Assembly (NCBI RefSeq): GCF_009914755.1
Contig: NC_060942.1
Strand: one strand, 5' to 3'
Length of the DNA stretch: 64,000 nucleotides
Origin: the human T2T-CHM13v2.0 reference genome, Homo sapiens
A model generated the notes under the pieces. That model did not search any database. It worked only from the letters and a program-made list of their open reading frames with translations, and had not been told where the DNA came from. Both the position numbers and the translations under genes were made by a program. Shown piece after piece: positions 1-13,649 of the stretch (position 1 is the stretch's first letter; every line of letters begins with the position of its first letter).

Positions 1-1199
1 TGGAAGATAGGCAACTGAAGCAGAGGACACAAAAGAGGCAAAGATATAAAGATTCATGCATATATTTATTTTATTACCATACATCCATTGAGTGTTTTCC
101 TGATGCCAGGCACTGAGCTGGTCACTAAACCCCTCCAGGGAGTGGGAAAAACTCTCCAGGGGAAGCCCATGATTGATTGTGACTGGAAGCTATGATACTG
201 GGGATGAGAGAAATGACAGTATGAAGAGAGTTGAGTTTACAACGATCAGTTTGGGGTCATGTGAAGGGTGACTGCTTCAGGAAAACAGAAGTCAATCTAG
301 GTATTCTCGGTTTAATGCAGGAAATCATTGGAGGCTTCCATAGCCTCCTGGAAGGCTGGAGGGTGAAGGGTGGAATCCAACTGCTCAAGCAGATAATTTA
401 CAGGATACTCAATGCCACCAAAGCTTTCAGACATCTCAGCAGGAGCTGTCTCCCAAGCACAGCTGCAGGCAGCACTGAGTAGATGATGCTCAAGAATGCA
501 CCTTCCACCTTTGTTTCTGCCATCGAATCTACTGGAGAGTAACAGTTCTCCTTATCTTCCACCTTCCAAACCTCCCTACAGTGCCTCTTGGCAGTCTTTA
601 ACCTGGAACCCTGCAGCAGAAGGAATGCTGGTCAGTGTAGCTGCAGGCTTCTCTTCTGCAGGGCACAGGAGACTCTGGAAGAGATTGAGGCACAGTTGAC
701 AACAGATAATTCGGCACAGCCAATGCCAACCACAAAACTATCTGAGTTTTAATACTGTCCAAAGAGTTAAATGGTAGTTCAGGATTTCATTTATAAAGCT
801 GATTATAAGCTTTGTAGTGGGTAGATGGAGGTAAGAGAAGATGGATGCAGAAAATTCATTTGGGAGGGTCTTAATTTTCTGAAGGCAATACAGAGCAGGA
901 TTAAGTTAACACAGTGGTGGAAGACTTCCTTGAGAGACATTTTAGAAGAAGAATCAACAATAATTGATAACTAGTTGGCTTTTGGAGGGATATAAGAAGT
1001 GTGAATTTACATACTGTTGGTGTCCATGATATCAAAAATGCCATCTAAGAAAAGTCATAGAAATATGGTGTTTTCTTGTTGAATTAAGTGTCACTAGGAT
1101 CTTTTTCATACCTTTCAGTATTTGTCATCTAAAAATCAGGCTCCCGTGTCCTCATGGCAGTCATTGAGAGGGATGCTAAAGAACATGTGCCCTCTGCAG

Positions 1200-2000
1200 C
1201 CTCATACAAATTAGTCCACTCACCTCCACTGCATTTCACCTCAAACCTGACTTTTCATTGTCATCCAGGTGTCTGCTCCTCCTTTGGTGTTTCTCTTACT
1301 CAGGAGATGCCCCTCCCATTATGCCTCCTAGAAATCTGGAAGCTAGCCTTTGCCTTCAGCCCAGTTCCCATCCTGTCTAAGCCATGACAAAATCTAGCCA
1401 CTTCTGCCTCTTAAATATATATTGATATTGACCACTTTTTGCCTTCTTTCCACCACCCTTTCAGACCAATTCACCATCTTCTTGCCCCCCAAACTATAAG
1501 AGACTTCCCCTTCCAATCCACTCTCCACCCAAAAGCCATGATAGGCTTTGAGAAACAGAGTTTAGATAATGTCATAATCTGCTTTGAAAAACCTTCAATG
1601 TATTATGTTTTCACTTAGCATTAGGAATAGAAGTCCTGGCCCTAACATAACCCATACATCCTGCATTTCTGGCTGCTACACAGCACTCCAGTACAATTCT
1701 GAACCATTCTGAGCCTCACCATTCTTTACCTACACTTCTACTCTCATTTTTTCTACTAAGCCAAGTTCCTTCCTTTGAAATGTCCTTCCCCCTCCATTCC
1801 CCTGGCAAGCTTCTACTTTTCCTTCAGACTTCGGCTTCTATATTACTTTAGGTAACAAGTCCCTGACCCCCTTCCTCCAAATCTAAATCAGGACTCTCAT
1901 TTTTAAAATGTTAACTTGTTGCTATATATCTATTTGTGTTGGTATTCATTAAATATCTTTTGAATTGACACATAACTCATGAAGAGACCTTCTCATTTGT
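1200..2000 (+). mobile_element. Ancient L2 LINE fragments (approximate limits)
   Basis: Pyrimidine-rich L2-like phrases (cttccaatccactctccac, tgtcataatctgctt...aaccttcaatg, tccttcagacttcggct). Confidence 0.5.
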
Positions 2001-3554
2001 ATTAACATCCAGCTCATATTTTTCATTTTTCTGCAAGAACAGCTTGCCAGATACCTTGCTGCCGTCCAGATACATAATCTCTCTCTTAATTTTTTCACTT
2101 TCTAAGTTTTTAAATCTTTCAAAGGAGGAAATGCAGTTAGACTAACAATGCTTGTTTTAATAATTTTTATTTATTCGAAGTTCATTTTCAGAATACCAAT
2201 TCTACATGAGCTTTGGGCTAAGAGATGAAGACATGGCAGGGCACACTGGCATTGTTCTTGGTGAATTGCTTTTCCTTCCAGGTGCTCTCAGACCATTTCT
2301 TTAATAATGTCTTCCAGAAGACTGCTCAAACAAACCGGTATATAGCGTGTGAATCCACCATCTTATTACTTTTAAAACAAGAGCAACACATCTGTCTACT
2401 TTCTGGCACTTCCTCAGTTTTCCCAATCCCTCAAAGGTCACTGACGTGCTCTCATTTGCCTGTTGTTTCCATGTCTTCAGCTGGAAGTGATGCAGTATAG
2501 GACATTAAAATGAACTTCAAACATCCTGGAGACTCCGTTGCAATTCCTTCTGCTACCTTTTCTTTCCCTCCCTCCTTTTTCACCTCGCTTCCCTCCATCC
2601 TTCATCAAAATGCCAGACATAGTGTAAGGTATTAGGCACATAAACATGGCCCTGTCCTCAAGAAGCATTTTCAACAAATCAACTCATGGTTATATAATCC
2701 AGAATGTATCTAAAGGTAATAAACAGCCCTATCTATGCCAGACATCTTATATTATAATCACTTATTTGCCTTGCAATTATGTTTCTAAGAAAATATTTCA
2801 GTGACATTGTAAGTTCATCACAACTGAAGAGTTCACTATTTTTTCTCCTCTGCAATCTTACATTTAACAAGCTTCTTCATCATTTCCTAAAGTAGTACTA
2901 TTATAAAAGAAATAGTCTGGAAATCCCCAATGACAATTTTCTTCCAAGAAGCCATTTTAAAATTGCATAACTGATTTACAGTGGCTGCTAAATTCTTTCT
3001 ATTAATAGTGCAAATTTAAATTCTGGTTCTCCATCAGACATTGCAGAAAGGGAATTGCTATTTTGGTTAATCACAAACCCAGCAGGTGTCCAGCAAAGGG
3101 CCTGACTTCTGTGGGCTTCCCTGAGGTGCAAGGGCAGCTGAGCGGTAGACATCCTATGATGTCTGGTGCTGTGATAGGTGCACGCTGCAATCTGAATTCT
3201 ATCCACCACTCCATGGAAACTGCCCTACTACATCAGCAGAGACGGGCTATTTCAAAGCACAATGGACTCATCTAGATTCATGTTTGCTTTAACTTCAGCT
3301 TTTAGTGAGGCCTGCCAACTCCATATCTGAACCCATAACTAGCTACATTTCCTCTTCCCTTAGTCCTATAGGAGCATCATCACCTATTGATACTTTGACT
3401 TCTTTTTCATCTTTATTTTCTTCTTAGAGAGTTCACACATTTTCATGACGTAAGCATGAGTCTAATCAAACATGAATCTTTATTTTCAATCTCACCTCCT
3501 CCATGAATCTTCTGGCCTATATTTCCAATTAATTTTAGCACAGTGTGAATTACA

Positions 3555-4430
3555 TATGAGGATAATGGTAATGATGAGGACGATGGCAATAATGATGGTG
3601 AAGATGGTGGTGATGACGATGGTGATGGTGATAATGGTAATGGTAATGATGATAGTGATGATGAAAATGGGATGATAGTGATGATGGTGATGGTAATGAT
3701 AATTGTGATCATGGCAATAATGGTGATAGTGATGGTGATTGATGGTGATGATGTGATGGTGATGATAATGATGATAGTGATGATGATGGTGATAATGGTG
3801 ATGGTGATTATGATGATGATGATGGTGGTACAGATAGTGGTGATGCTAACAGTGATGATGATGATAGTGATGGTGGTGATGGTGATGATGATGGTGATTA
3901 TTATTACGGTAATAACGGTGATGGTGATGGTGATTATTATGGTAATAATGGTGATAGTGATGATGGTGAAGATGGTGGTAATGATGATGCTGATGATGAT
4001 GATGATGATAATAATGGTGACGGTGATGATGGTGATGATGGTGATGGTGATAATGATGATGGTGATAGTGATGATGGTGATGGTGATGAGGGTGATAATG
4101 GTGATACTAATGATGGTGATGGTGATAATGGTGATGATGGTGATGACAATTATTATTATTATTATGGTAATAACAGTGATCATGATGATGATGGTGATGG
4201 TGATGATGGTGAAGATGGTGGTAATGGTAATGATGGCAATGGTGATGATGGTGATAATAGTGATGATAGTGATGGTAATGATTATTATGGTAAAACAGTG
4301 ATGAGGAAGGTGATGGTGATGATGACGAAGGTGGTGGTATGATGCTGCTGCTGATGATTATGATGGTAATAATGGTGATGATGATGTAGGTGATGGTGAT
4401 AATGGTGATGAAAAAGATAATGATGGTATC
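3555..4430 (+). repeat. Long degenerate (GATGGT/GAT/AAT)n trinucleotide-phase simple repeat
   Basis: About 880 bp of ATG/GTG/ATA triplets, nearly C-free on +. It produces the spurious M/V/I and I/T ORFs. Confidence 0.95.
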
Positions 4431-4969
4431 ATCAGAACCTCAGCCTTGTCCTGGGAAGAATCCCTATCTCAGGAAAATATGGTCATTCAGAAGACAGTTT
4501 AGAGAGACAGAAAAGGACAAACCTATTCAAAGTAACCTGCTAATCTCAGAAAAATAAAGATACCACTTTTGAGCCCCAAGTCTAATCAAAATACATGAAC
4601 TTAGTACATGTCACAGTGATTTAATGTTTTTAGAAAAGGAGGCTGATTCCTCAGGCATTATAGAGATAAAACCTATGAAAAGAGAAGAAATTACAGAAAT
4701 TCAGAACAAGACTAATCATATAGGTCCAGAGCTCTCCATATGCAAGTCCTCATGTATATCAAAGAGGGAAGATTTTAGTGGAATTTAGTTAGCTTTATTT
4801 TGCTCACGAATTGCTTTAGGAGTTCATCTTTTATGTTATAAATTTACATAGATAGACACACATGAGCTTTCCCCAGAAGCCTTCCCTGAACCCTAAGGTT
4901 TGGCTAAGTCTGCCTCCTCTGTTCTCCCAGGGTACTGTGCATACTTCTATTGTTGCACTCAGCACATTA

Positions 4970-5460
4970 TTTGTGGTAGACTTATTACAAAAATACCTTC
5001 AAATCCTTAGCCTTCCCTGTATTCACATTTTTTGCAATACTGCTTGCAGACCATCCAGTCAAGAGGTGGAATCTATTTCCCCGCTAGGCTGGCTTTGGGA
5101 ATTACTTTGGCCAACAGAATGGGGTGTGTGGAACCAGATGCTGGTCTCCGTCTTGCATATCTCCACTCTCAGTCTGGCCTCTCTGCCTTCATCACCAGGG
5201 TCCTGCTGAAGAGTGAGACCCAAAACGCAACAGTTGCTCCAGCTGAGCCCCAGGCACATGAGAAAGCTCAGCCATGATCAGAAATGCCCCCTCGCTGATC
5301 TGCAGCTGACTGCAGATGCATGAGTGATCCCTGGACCTGGCCAGCCCAGGTCAGCAAAACCACTCAGCTCATTGGTGGTGATGGCGATGATGGTGATAAT
5401 GATGGTGAGCAAACCTCCATGGTCATTGTTTTGTGCCACCAACGTGGTGTGGATATTTGT
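4970..5460 (+). mobile_element. MaLR (MLT1-type) LTR remnant
   Basis: MLT1-like motifs tcaagaggtggaatctatttccc, actttggccaacagaat, gcagctgactgcagatgcatgagtga. Confidence 0.6.
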
Positions 5461-5554
5461 TTTCTAGGTCATGAAATAAAGCAGTGGCCAAGACAGTCTC
5501 TGCCTTTAGGGCATTTATATTCTGGTGTGGGAGACAAATAATAAACTATACCTA

Positions 5555-5555
5555 T

Positions 5556-5601
<46 letters not shown>
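5555..5601. repeat. (TG)n microsatellite
   Basis: Direct reading. Confidence 0.95.
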
Positions 5602-5604
<3 letters not shown>

Positions 5605-7334
5605 AATGACACATAGTGGCAAGTACTAGAAAGAAAAACAGCAGACAAGTGGATAGAGCATGATAAGGGAGCATTCTAGCTTCCACAAGCAGCCAGGGCA
5701 GCTGTACCTGCCCTCTGGGAAGGGGCATGGGGGCTGAGACCTGTGAGACCCAGATGAAGTGAGGCAACAAGCTGAGCGAAGGCCCAAGGAAAGTGTTCCA
5801 GGAAGCACAGGTGCTTCGCGGAGGACAGTGTTTCATTGACCACATGTGGCCTGCTGCCCAGGACAGAGACAACATTTGGTATTTGTCGATCAAAATATGG
5901 AAAAACACAGGGTGTCTATTATTGGGCTTCTGAAATGTTTCCAAATGGTGGCCAAGATTAGAAGATATGCATCTTTCCCAAAACCAGAAATATTTCTAGC
6001 TTTAGTTAAATTCACTGTATTTATAGGTGAGCTAACTGTCAAGCTTTCATCTAGAAAAATACTTAAATTTGAAAATCTAGGAATACCTCAGAAGTCTAAT
6101 CCACCTACACTTGACTCATCGAGGGCTGTTTTCCAGAACTTTCTATCATACTTATTATTTCAAAAGGTGAAGAAAATCCAGTCAGGGAGTCATTCACAAG
6201 GGACCAATGAGCCTCCAGTCAGTTCCACACAAGGGCCGGGCACTCGCTGCTGCGTCCTGCCTCCCACCTCCCCACGGGCTCCGGAACTGCGTCCGAAGGG
6301 TGGCATCCTTCCTGCCTGGCCTCAGCTGAGCCTGCACTGCCCAAGGTCCCCAGCGGTTGGCTGGAACTGACTAGTCAGGGCCAGGCCGGTGGGGCATGAG
6401 CGGCTCTTGTGGCCCACCATTGGCCTGCGAGAGGTAAGCAGGGACTGCCACGTCCTCTCTTAGGAGGCCAGGCCTGGGATAGGGATAAACTCTGCCTGTG
6501 GGCTCCCAGCCTGAGCCAAGGGTCGCGTAGATCCAGGGGCTGGTGCAGCCACTGGAGGCCACACGCAGGCAGACAGCTGAGCAGACGAATTCCATCCAGA
6601 CAGGGGACAGCGGGACAGAACCCGGGGGTAGACTCAGGGCTGGGGCCGTGGACGGCCAGGACCACACCTGGCTCCCGGGGACACCGGGTCCCTGCAGAGG
6701 CCCCACGGCACATCCTCTCCCCAGAGTACCTGAGCCCTCGTTTTAGTCTGAGAATCAAACGTCATTTGTATCGGGCCAGCCTGAGGAGCCGTTGCTCCTT
6801 ACGGCAGTCCCAGAGGCACAAAGTCCCTCAACCATGACAATGTGGGCTTGACAATTTGGTCAGCCTTGCTCCGCCACCAGTTTCTCTCTGAACAATCAGC
6901 TCTCGGCTTCCCGCCTTTCAAACCAGCCATCGGCTCACACACTCTCCACAAAGCACTCCACCAGTAAAGATGACGGGAGGCAGCCCAGCCCCACGCCCCC
7001 CACTGTGAGGAGTCACGGCCTGTACCCCTTCTGTTCCCCACCCTACTGCGCCCCTCGCAGGCACCGGGGTGCTGGCCTCTGCCTGGTTCTTTACCACACT
7101 GCAGCCTCCCCAGGTCACAGAAAGCCCTGAGGCTCGCACCTGCCCGGTCCAGCTTTGTGAGGCTGGTGCTCAGGAGCCAGCCCCAGGCAAGACAGGAAGG
7201 AGGCGTGCCTTGCCTCAGTTTCCCCTGCATCATCCTTGAGGCCCATGTCTGAGTGGCCAGCCCCTCCTCCTGCACCTGCTCCTCCCCAGCCTCCTCCCAG
7301 GGTGGGGGACCCTGCTCTAGGCTGAGCTCCATCT

Positions 7335-7570
7335 CCCTGTCACCCGCAGTATGAGACCCTCACCCCCAACCTGATTGGTGTGGAGACAGGGTCTTTTAGG
7401 AGGTCATGAAGGTTACGTGAGGTCACTAGGGTGGACACCTGATAGGACATGATGGGTGGAAAAAGACCCGGCTGTGAAGCTGCCCAGGCCTGGCGTCCTG
7501 TGTGGCAGCCTGAGCAGGCAAATACACTCCTGTCCCGCTTAGGAAGAAGGAAACTATTCCCCAAAACGGA
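7335..7570 (+). mobile_element. MLT1A/B-like MaLR LTR fragment
   Basis: ggagacagggtcttttaggaggtcatgaaggttacgtgaggtcactagggtgg, then gcagcctgagcaggcaaataca. Confidence 0.5.
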
Positions 7571-8960
7571 ACATCTGTGTCCTCTGCCTCACACCTCCAG
7601 CCGGCCCAGTGAGAGCCGTCCCCAGATGCCCCAGGTGCCCCCTCAGCTGCTGCCCCCCTCGCGCTCCTGGTCCCTGAGCCCGGCTGTCCTCTTCCTGCCC
7701 CCTCAGCCACATGGGCAGCCTCTCCCTGTGCTGCTCAGGGCTCTTCCCCTCATTCTCTGAGCCCAAGATGAAGGGGGGCTCCCACCGCTCCTCCAGCTCA
7801 CGCCGAGCCCTGCTCCGCCCTCAAGGCACCCACTCTCCAGCCTGGAGACACCTTCCAAGCACTCAGACTTTCCATCCCCAGCCGCTAGTTGCCTTCATAA
7901 ATGCAGACCCATGTGGGTAGCTGTGGACGATGCTTCCCTGAACCCCCAAGAACTCCAGGTCCTACCCCCAAATCACGCGTTCCTCTCCCATCCTCCCCAC
8001 GTTGAGTCAATGGCACCACTTCACACACCCCGAGGCCCAGGCACCCAGGCCTGAGGCTGCTCCAGGTCTGAGGCTGCTCAGTCAGGCCCAGGAGGCCAGG
8101 GGGCATCCACCCAGAACCCTTCTCTTGTCCAGCCATGCAGGTCCTGTAAGCCCCACAGCTCCCGCCCACCTGCTCCAGCCTCCTCCAGGGCCTGTGAACA
8201 ACGGCTTTCAGCTTTTGTGTCCACTACCAAAGTACATTCCACACAGGCAGGGAGATCCATTCTGCCAACTGCCAACAGCCAAGAGCCAATTTATGTTTGT
8301 CTTTGACAAACACAAATCAGATTATGTCACCCACCGGGCAACACGCCTTAGCAGGGTCTGCGCGGCCGGGAGAATGCAGCCACGCGCCCTGCTCTCTGGC
8401 CTGCCCTCCCTCCTGCTCCTGTGCGGAGCTCCGGTGTGGAAGGTCTCCCTTCCTTGGGCGCATGCAGCGGTCTCCCTCCAGTCCTTGTCCTCTCCTGCGC
8501 CCTGAGTGCTGTTGACTGCTCGGCCTGCATGCAGAGGCCCTGGGATGAGACCAAGTTCTCCGCCTCCAGACCCCCTGCCAGGCTCTGCCTGTCGCACTTG
8601 TCTCTTTCTGAGATGTCTGCATGTATCTGCTTGTCTGATTACTGCTTGCAACCCTAGGAGAACACAAAACCCCATGAGAGATGGGCCCTCGACTTCTGAG
8701 CTGCTGAATCTCCAGTGCCTGGAAGTCAGCGCGAATGTGGCAGGGGTTCCGTCAAGATCCGCGGGCAAACAGCGCATACCCTCATCACCGTGGGCCTGTG
8801 TCACCCTGCCAAGCACCGTGTGGCCCCGGGGGCCAAGCATGTCATCTTCATCTTGGTAGCCCCTTCCGCATGCAGCGGGTGCTTAATTTATGCTGGCTGA
8901 AGACAACGAGGTGAATGAATTTGCATTCGGCGTTGCTTTACATTCATGTGTGACGTCCGC

Positions 8961-8974
8961 CTGCCATCTAGTGG
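8961..8974 (-). promoter_or_regulatory. Strong CTCF core motif CCACTAGATGGCAG
   Basis: ctgccatctagtgg on +, matching the CTCF consensus CCASYAGRKGGCRS. A TGACGTC CRE-like site lies next to it at 8951-8957. Confidence 0.65.
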
Positions 8975-9493
8975 TGGAAGAGGGCAACTTCAGGAAAACG
9001 GGCTTTTGAGAAGAAATTAGAGAAGCCCTTCAAAAACGGATAAAGGAAGATCGGGCGCGGAGAGATGGTCCCTTTGACTGTTGGTTTGCAATCACTTCCA
9101 TCCCTGCTTACTAGAGAAGCGCTGAGAACTCCCCTGAGAACTGATTCTGGCACATTCTGCGGGAGGCGAAAGTACGAAGGCGAAGGCGGGGAAGCCCCAA
9201 GGCTAAATGAGTACCTGTCCTGCTGGCCTGCACACCAAGGGAGGACAGGCCCTTTTGTTCCCCGGGGCACTGCACGGGGCAAACCCAGGAAAAATGTCAG
9301 AACACAGGAAGGCCGTCTTTCCCGCTTCTTAGTAAGCAGAGAGAATGTGGGGAAAGTTAAGCTACATTGAGAAGAGTGAAGAATGCAAAACCGAGGGGGA
9401 CAAGGTGGTGAGAACGCAATGGAGAGAAAAGGTGCTTAACGCAGAAAACCTGAAAGGCAAATGTAATCTTGACGATGTAACAATAACAGAAAC

Positions 9494-9638
9494 GGCTGGG
9501 CGCGGTGGCTCACGCCTGTAATCCCAGCACTTTGGGAGGCCGAGGCGGGTGGCTCACGAGGTCAGGAGATAGAGACCATCCTGGCTAACACGGTGAAACC
9601 CCGTCTCTACTAAAAATACCAAAAAAAATAAAAAATAA
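9494..9638 (+). mobile_element. AluY left monomer only, with A-rich tail and 12-bp TSD AATAACAGAAAC
   Basis: AluY-diagnostic gagaccatcctggctaacacggtgaaaccc; TSD copies at 9482-9493 and 9639-9650. Confidence 0.9.
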
Positions 9639-9879
9639 AATAACAGAAACATAGAGTAAAACTGAAGGGGCTCACTAAGGACCTGTGAACGCACAGCCTC
9701 TCCAGACCTCAGCCTGACGGAAAATTTTAGACTGCGTGGTCCCTGAAGAGTGTTTCAACCTTCAAGTTTTCTAACTCTCTGATTTTAAAATTAATGTAAG
9801 GCAAATCCCTAACAAAAACCTAACTGTGTATTTGTCACGAGACTTTTCTTTGAATAACTGCCTGTCTCGGCGGGGGCTC

Positions 9880-10720
9880 TTCTCACACTGAAGGGGGCCA
9901 CTCCTGGATCCAGGGTCGCAGGTTGAAATCACACCTGAGCCTGCGCCACGGGTGTAGGACGCCCAGCAGCAGCTTCTGGAGAGCAGAGAGCCGGGGGAGT
10001 GGCCACTTCAGAGTGGGGCCAGGACAGCTGGGGCCACCGCCTTCCCGGCGCAAGGTGGGCCAGGCCCCACAGGTGGCCCCAGAATTGCAAAGCCAATGGC
10101 AGCTTCCTAAGTGGTCACCGAAACGCACTTTCAGTGTGGACCCGCCGGCCTGTGTGTATTCAGCAATCCCAGCCATCCAACCTGACCTCGGGCTGCAAAG
10201 ACGATCGTGGCCGGAGCCGGCTGGCTCTTTGCGAAAGCGGCGGGACCCGGGGACAGCAGGCTGCCTGCGCCGCTTCCCTCCGGGTGGCAGGCCCACTCTC
10301 TGCGGGCACCGCGTCCTGCTCACCCGTGTTGTGGTCGGGCCGCAGAGCAGGCCCCTTGACGGGGGGATCCGGAGCCGCCTGGTGCCGGCACAGCCTCAGG
10401 GAGCAGCCCCTAAGCTGCCCCGTGACAGTCAATCGCCCGCTTTCCCCCCGTGGGAAGTCTGTGCCGTGACCAGAGCCTCTCACCCTCCCACGGCCCCACG
10501 CGGTGTCCTTTGCTCAGCACCTCCCAGAGCACCGGGCAGAGGCACCCAGAAAACCGTCACCACCTGATCCCGCAGAGAATCGCCCGTCCTCTCCGGAATT
10601 CTGTCCAACTAGCACCGCCCCAATAAACAGGAAAAGCCTTTTTCTTTTTCCAAGTCCACCTCCATTTCAGAACGGCCAGGGCAGATCTGAGGCAGCTTAG
10701 GACACTCACAAGCCCGAGAA
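9880..10720. promoter_or_regulatory. CpG-rich, GC-rich island-like segment with no recognisable coding exon
   Basis: Visibly high CpG density relative to the flanks, especially 10140-10620. Confidence 0.5.
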
Positions 10721-10985
10721 AAGAGCCACCCAGATAAGGTAACATGTGAAATGCTGAGAAATCGGCTGAGTTTCCCTTTACCAGCCCAGTAAAAGCCAGT
10801 GACGGAACCCATCCTCGCAGGCACTTCATCCCAGCAGGGCTGGAGGCCTGAAACTACAGGTCTAAACATCGCGGGGTGTTCACTGGTTTCTATTAAGTAA
10901 TTCCTGTCCTCAGAGAGTATGATCAGCTCTTCTTTAATAGTTGTCAAATAATAATAAAACAGTTCTCATTAAGAGCGTCATCAGC

Positions 10986-11297
<312 letters not shown>

Positions 11298-13159
11298 TCA
11301 GTCTACCTGAAACCTATACTTTCGTGGATAGGAGAAGAAATCCAACTGTTTACCTAGTTAAAAAAATTTATTGAACAAGGGAAAATGACTTACATCTTGT
11401 GTGTCATAGGTAACAGAAATTTCCAGATTCATAAACGCAATATAGTTTAAGAAAGAAAAAAAAATGCTGGTGTCTAGAGACCATGCTTATTTAAAGACAA
11501 CTTTATGGGACTTGAAAAAACATTGTCACTCAAATTTCTTGGAAGTAATTCCAACTTACATTTACATATCGCATTAAAGTTGACAAAATGCAGCCCATAT
11601 ATCGTTTGCCACAGTAACACCAATACTGGGAGATGGCCATTCCCACTGCACAGCTGTGGAAACTGAGGCACGCACTCATCACCATGTGTTCATTTACGAA
11701 ACATACACACGGAGAGCCACGGGCCTGGCTTTGGTACAGCCACAGAAATGCAGTGCGGTGTGTCTGCCTCAAGCACTGCCAAGCTCAGCTCAGTGGGAGG
11801 AGGCAGAGAGGGTCTGTTTAGTTTCAGATGTTGTGACTGGTGCAATAGCACGCCAGGATGTCCAGAGAGCTGGGGGGAGTACAGGGGAGAGGCGGGAACA
11901 CAGCCTCCTCTGGCGTGGGAGAGGCAGGAGGAGGAGTCAGAGTCGGCCAAGGCTCCCGGGCCGCTCCCCTCAACCGGAGCCTCTGAGAAGGCAGGAAAAG
12001 CGGCGCGCAGGAGCGCAGCACCGTGAACGCACCTCGTTTGGCATCGAGTGCCAGCGGATGACTTGTGGGCGTCAAATCACGAAATGATTTGCATGGCACA
12101 GGGAAGCATTTGGGGTGTTTCTGGAGGTAACAGAAAATTACTGAACGATTTCAACCAAGGAAGTTGAATGATCTGTGTTCCAGCAAATTCCTGTGGTAGC
12201 AACACAGAGTGAGCTGGGGTGAGCTGGCAGGTGTGTAATCCCAGGAAGAAAGACCCAGGTAGTCCAGGTAGTTCTTCCCCAGGGTCAACACAGAGGACAA
12301 GGCCAGAGAGGTGGATGGAAGGGAACGTAGCATTCATAGATAGATACATAACTAGATCTACAGATGATATCTCAATCGCTCAGAGATGCACACTGAATTA
12401 TTTACAGTCGAAATGACACAATGTCTGAGAATCACTGAAATATTCCAGGACAAATGACAACAAAGGGTAGAAACAAAACTTGGTAAAATATTGCAATTGT
12501 TGCATCTGGCGAGTGAAAAATATATAGAAATGTGCGTGTATGTAATGTGTATTTTTTTCCTTTTACTCTGCATTTTATCCTAGCTTTATTTAAGGCAAAA
12601 TAATTATACTCAATGACTACGAGGATCTTGGTAAGTTTGAGGAGAGACAGTGCAGTGAAGCAGGTGTTGGTGATAAAAGCTAGAACAAGGAGGGTAAAGT
12701 GATCACGGACGAGGTTTTAGGAAGGAGGAAAGGTAAGGATACAACAGGTGTAGAGGGTTCTGGGGTCCCAGGAAGGTGTTTCCTTGGTGGTGTTTTTGGG
12801 AAGGGAGTGTCTTGAGCATGTCCACATGAGTAAGGGAAACAATTGACAGAGAAGGAGATAGAAATGGGAAGAAAAAGGCTACTGGACATGCCCACTTGGC
12901 ATGCAACACACCTGGAACTCACACCCAGGTCTGGGGAGATCCCAGCGTTCTTACCCCCATGCACGTTACAGCTGAACTTACAGAAGGTCACCCAAAAGAA
13001 GCCTTGATCCCTCTGAGGCAGAAGCTCAGAAATCCAAAACGTCTTGTTTTGATCCACTGAGGACCTCCAATCATCTCGCTGACAGGATCCACACCCTAGG
13101 TCGCTGCGGTGATCCATGCGGGTAATGGGTGTCTCAGTGTTTTGAAAAGTGGCAACATG

Positions 13160-13583
13160 TGCTATAGTTTTGATACGTGTCCCATCCAAACCTCATGTCC
13201 AAATTTCGTCCTCAATGTTGGAGGTGGGCCTAAGGGAAGGTGTCTGGGTTATGGAGGCAGATCCTTCATGAGTAGATTAATTCCCTCCTGGGGGTTGGGG
13301 GTTTAGGGATTTCTTGCTCTACTAACTCCCAGGAGGCCTGTTGTTTAAAAGCCTGGTACCTCACCCCCTTGCTTCCTCTCTGCCGTGTGATCTCTGCACA
13401 CACCAGCTCCCCTCCACCTTCCACCATGAGTGGAAGCAGCCTGAAGCCTCACCAGAATCCCAGCAGATGTTGGTGCTGTGCTTCCTACACAGCCTGCAGA
13501 ACCGTAAGCCAAATAAACCTCTTTTCTGAATAATTACCTAGCCTCAGATATTCCTTTATAGTGATGCTCAACAGACAGGGACA
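13160..13583 (+). mobile_element. MST-type MaLR solo LTR
   Basis: Starts tgctatagttt; contains ccttccaccatgagtggaagcagcctgaagcctcaccaga and agccaaataaacctcttttc. Confidence 0.8.
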
Positions 13584-13649
13584 TGCCACAGGGATGATCC
13601 TTCTTACTAACTGCATGCATCCCTCCAGTCAGTACAACAAAGCAGAAGA

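Noticed and set aside
3443-4301. Long hydrophobic ORFs (poly I/T, poly M/V) as membrane proteins
   Set aside because: They are translations of the (GAT/GGT)n simple repeat.
5846-10567. Many overlapping 100-214-aa ORFs downstream of ZNF516
   Set aside because: GC-rich DNA with LTR/L2 remnants and overlapping frames on both strands, with no recognisable domains or consistent exon chain.
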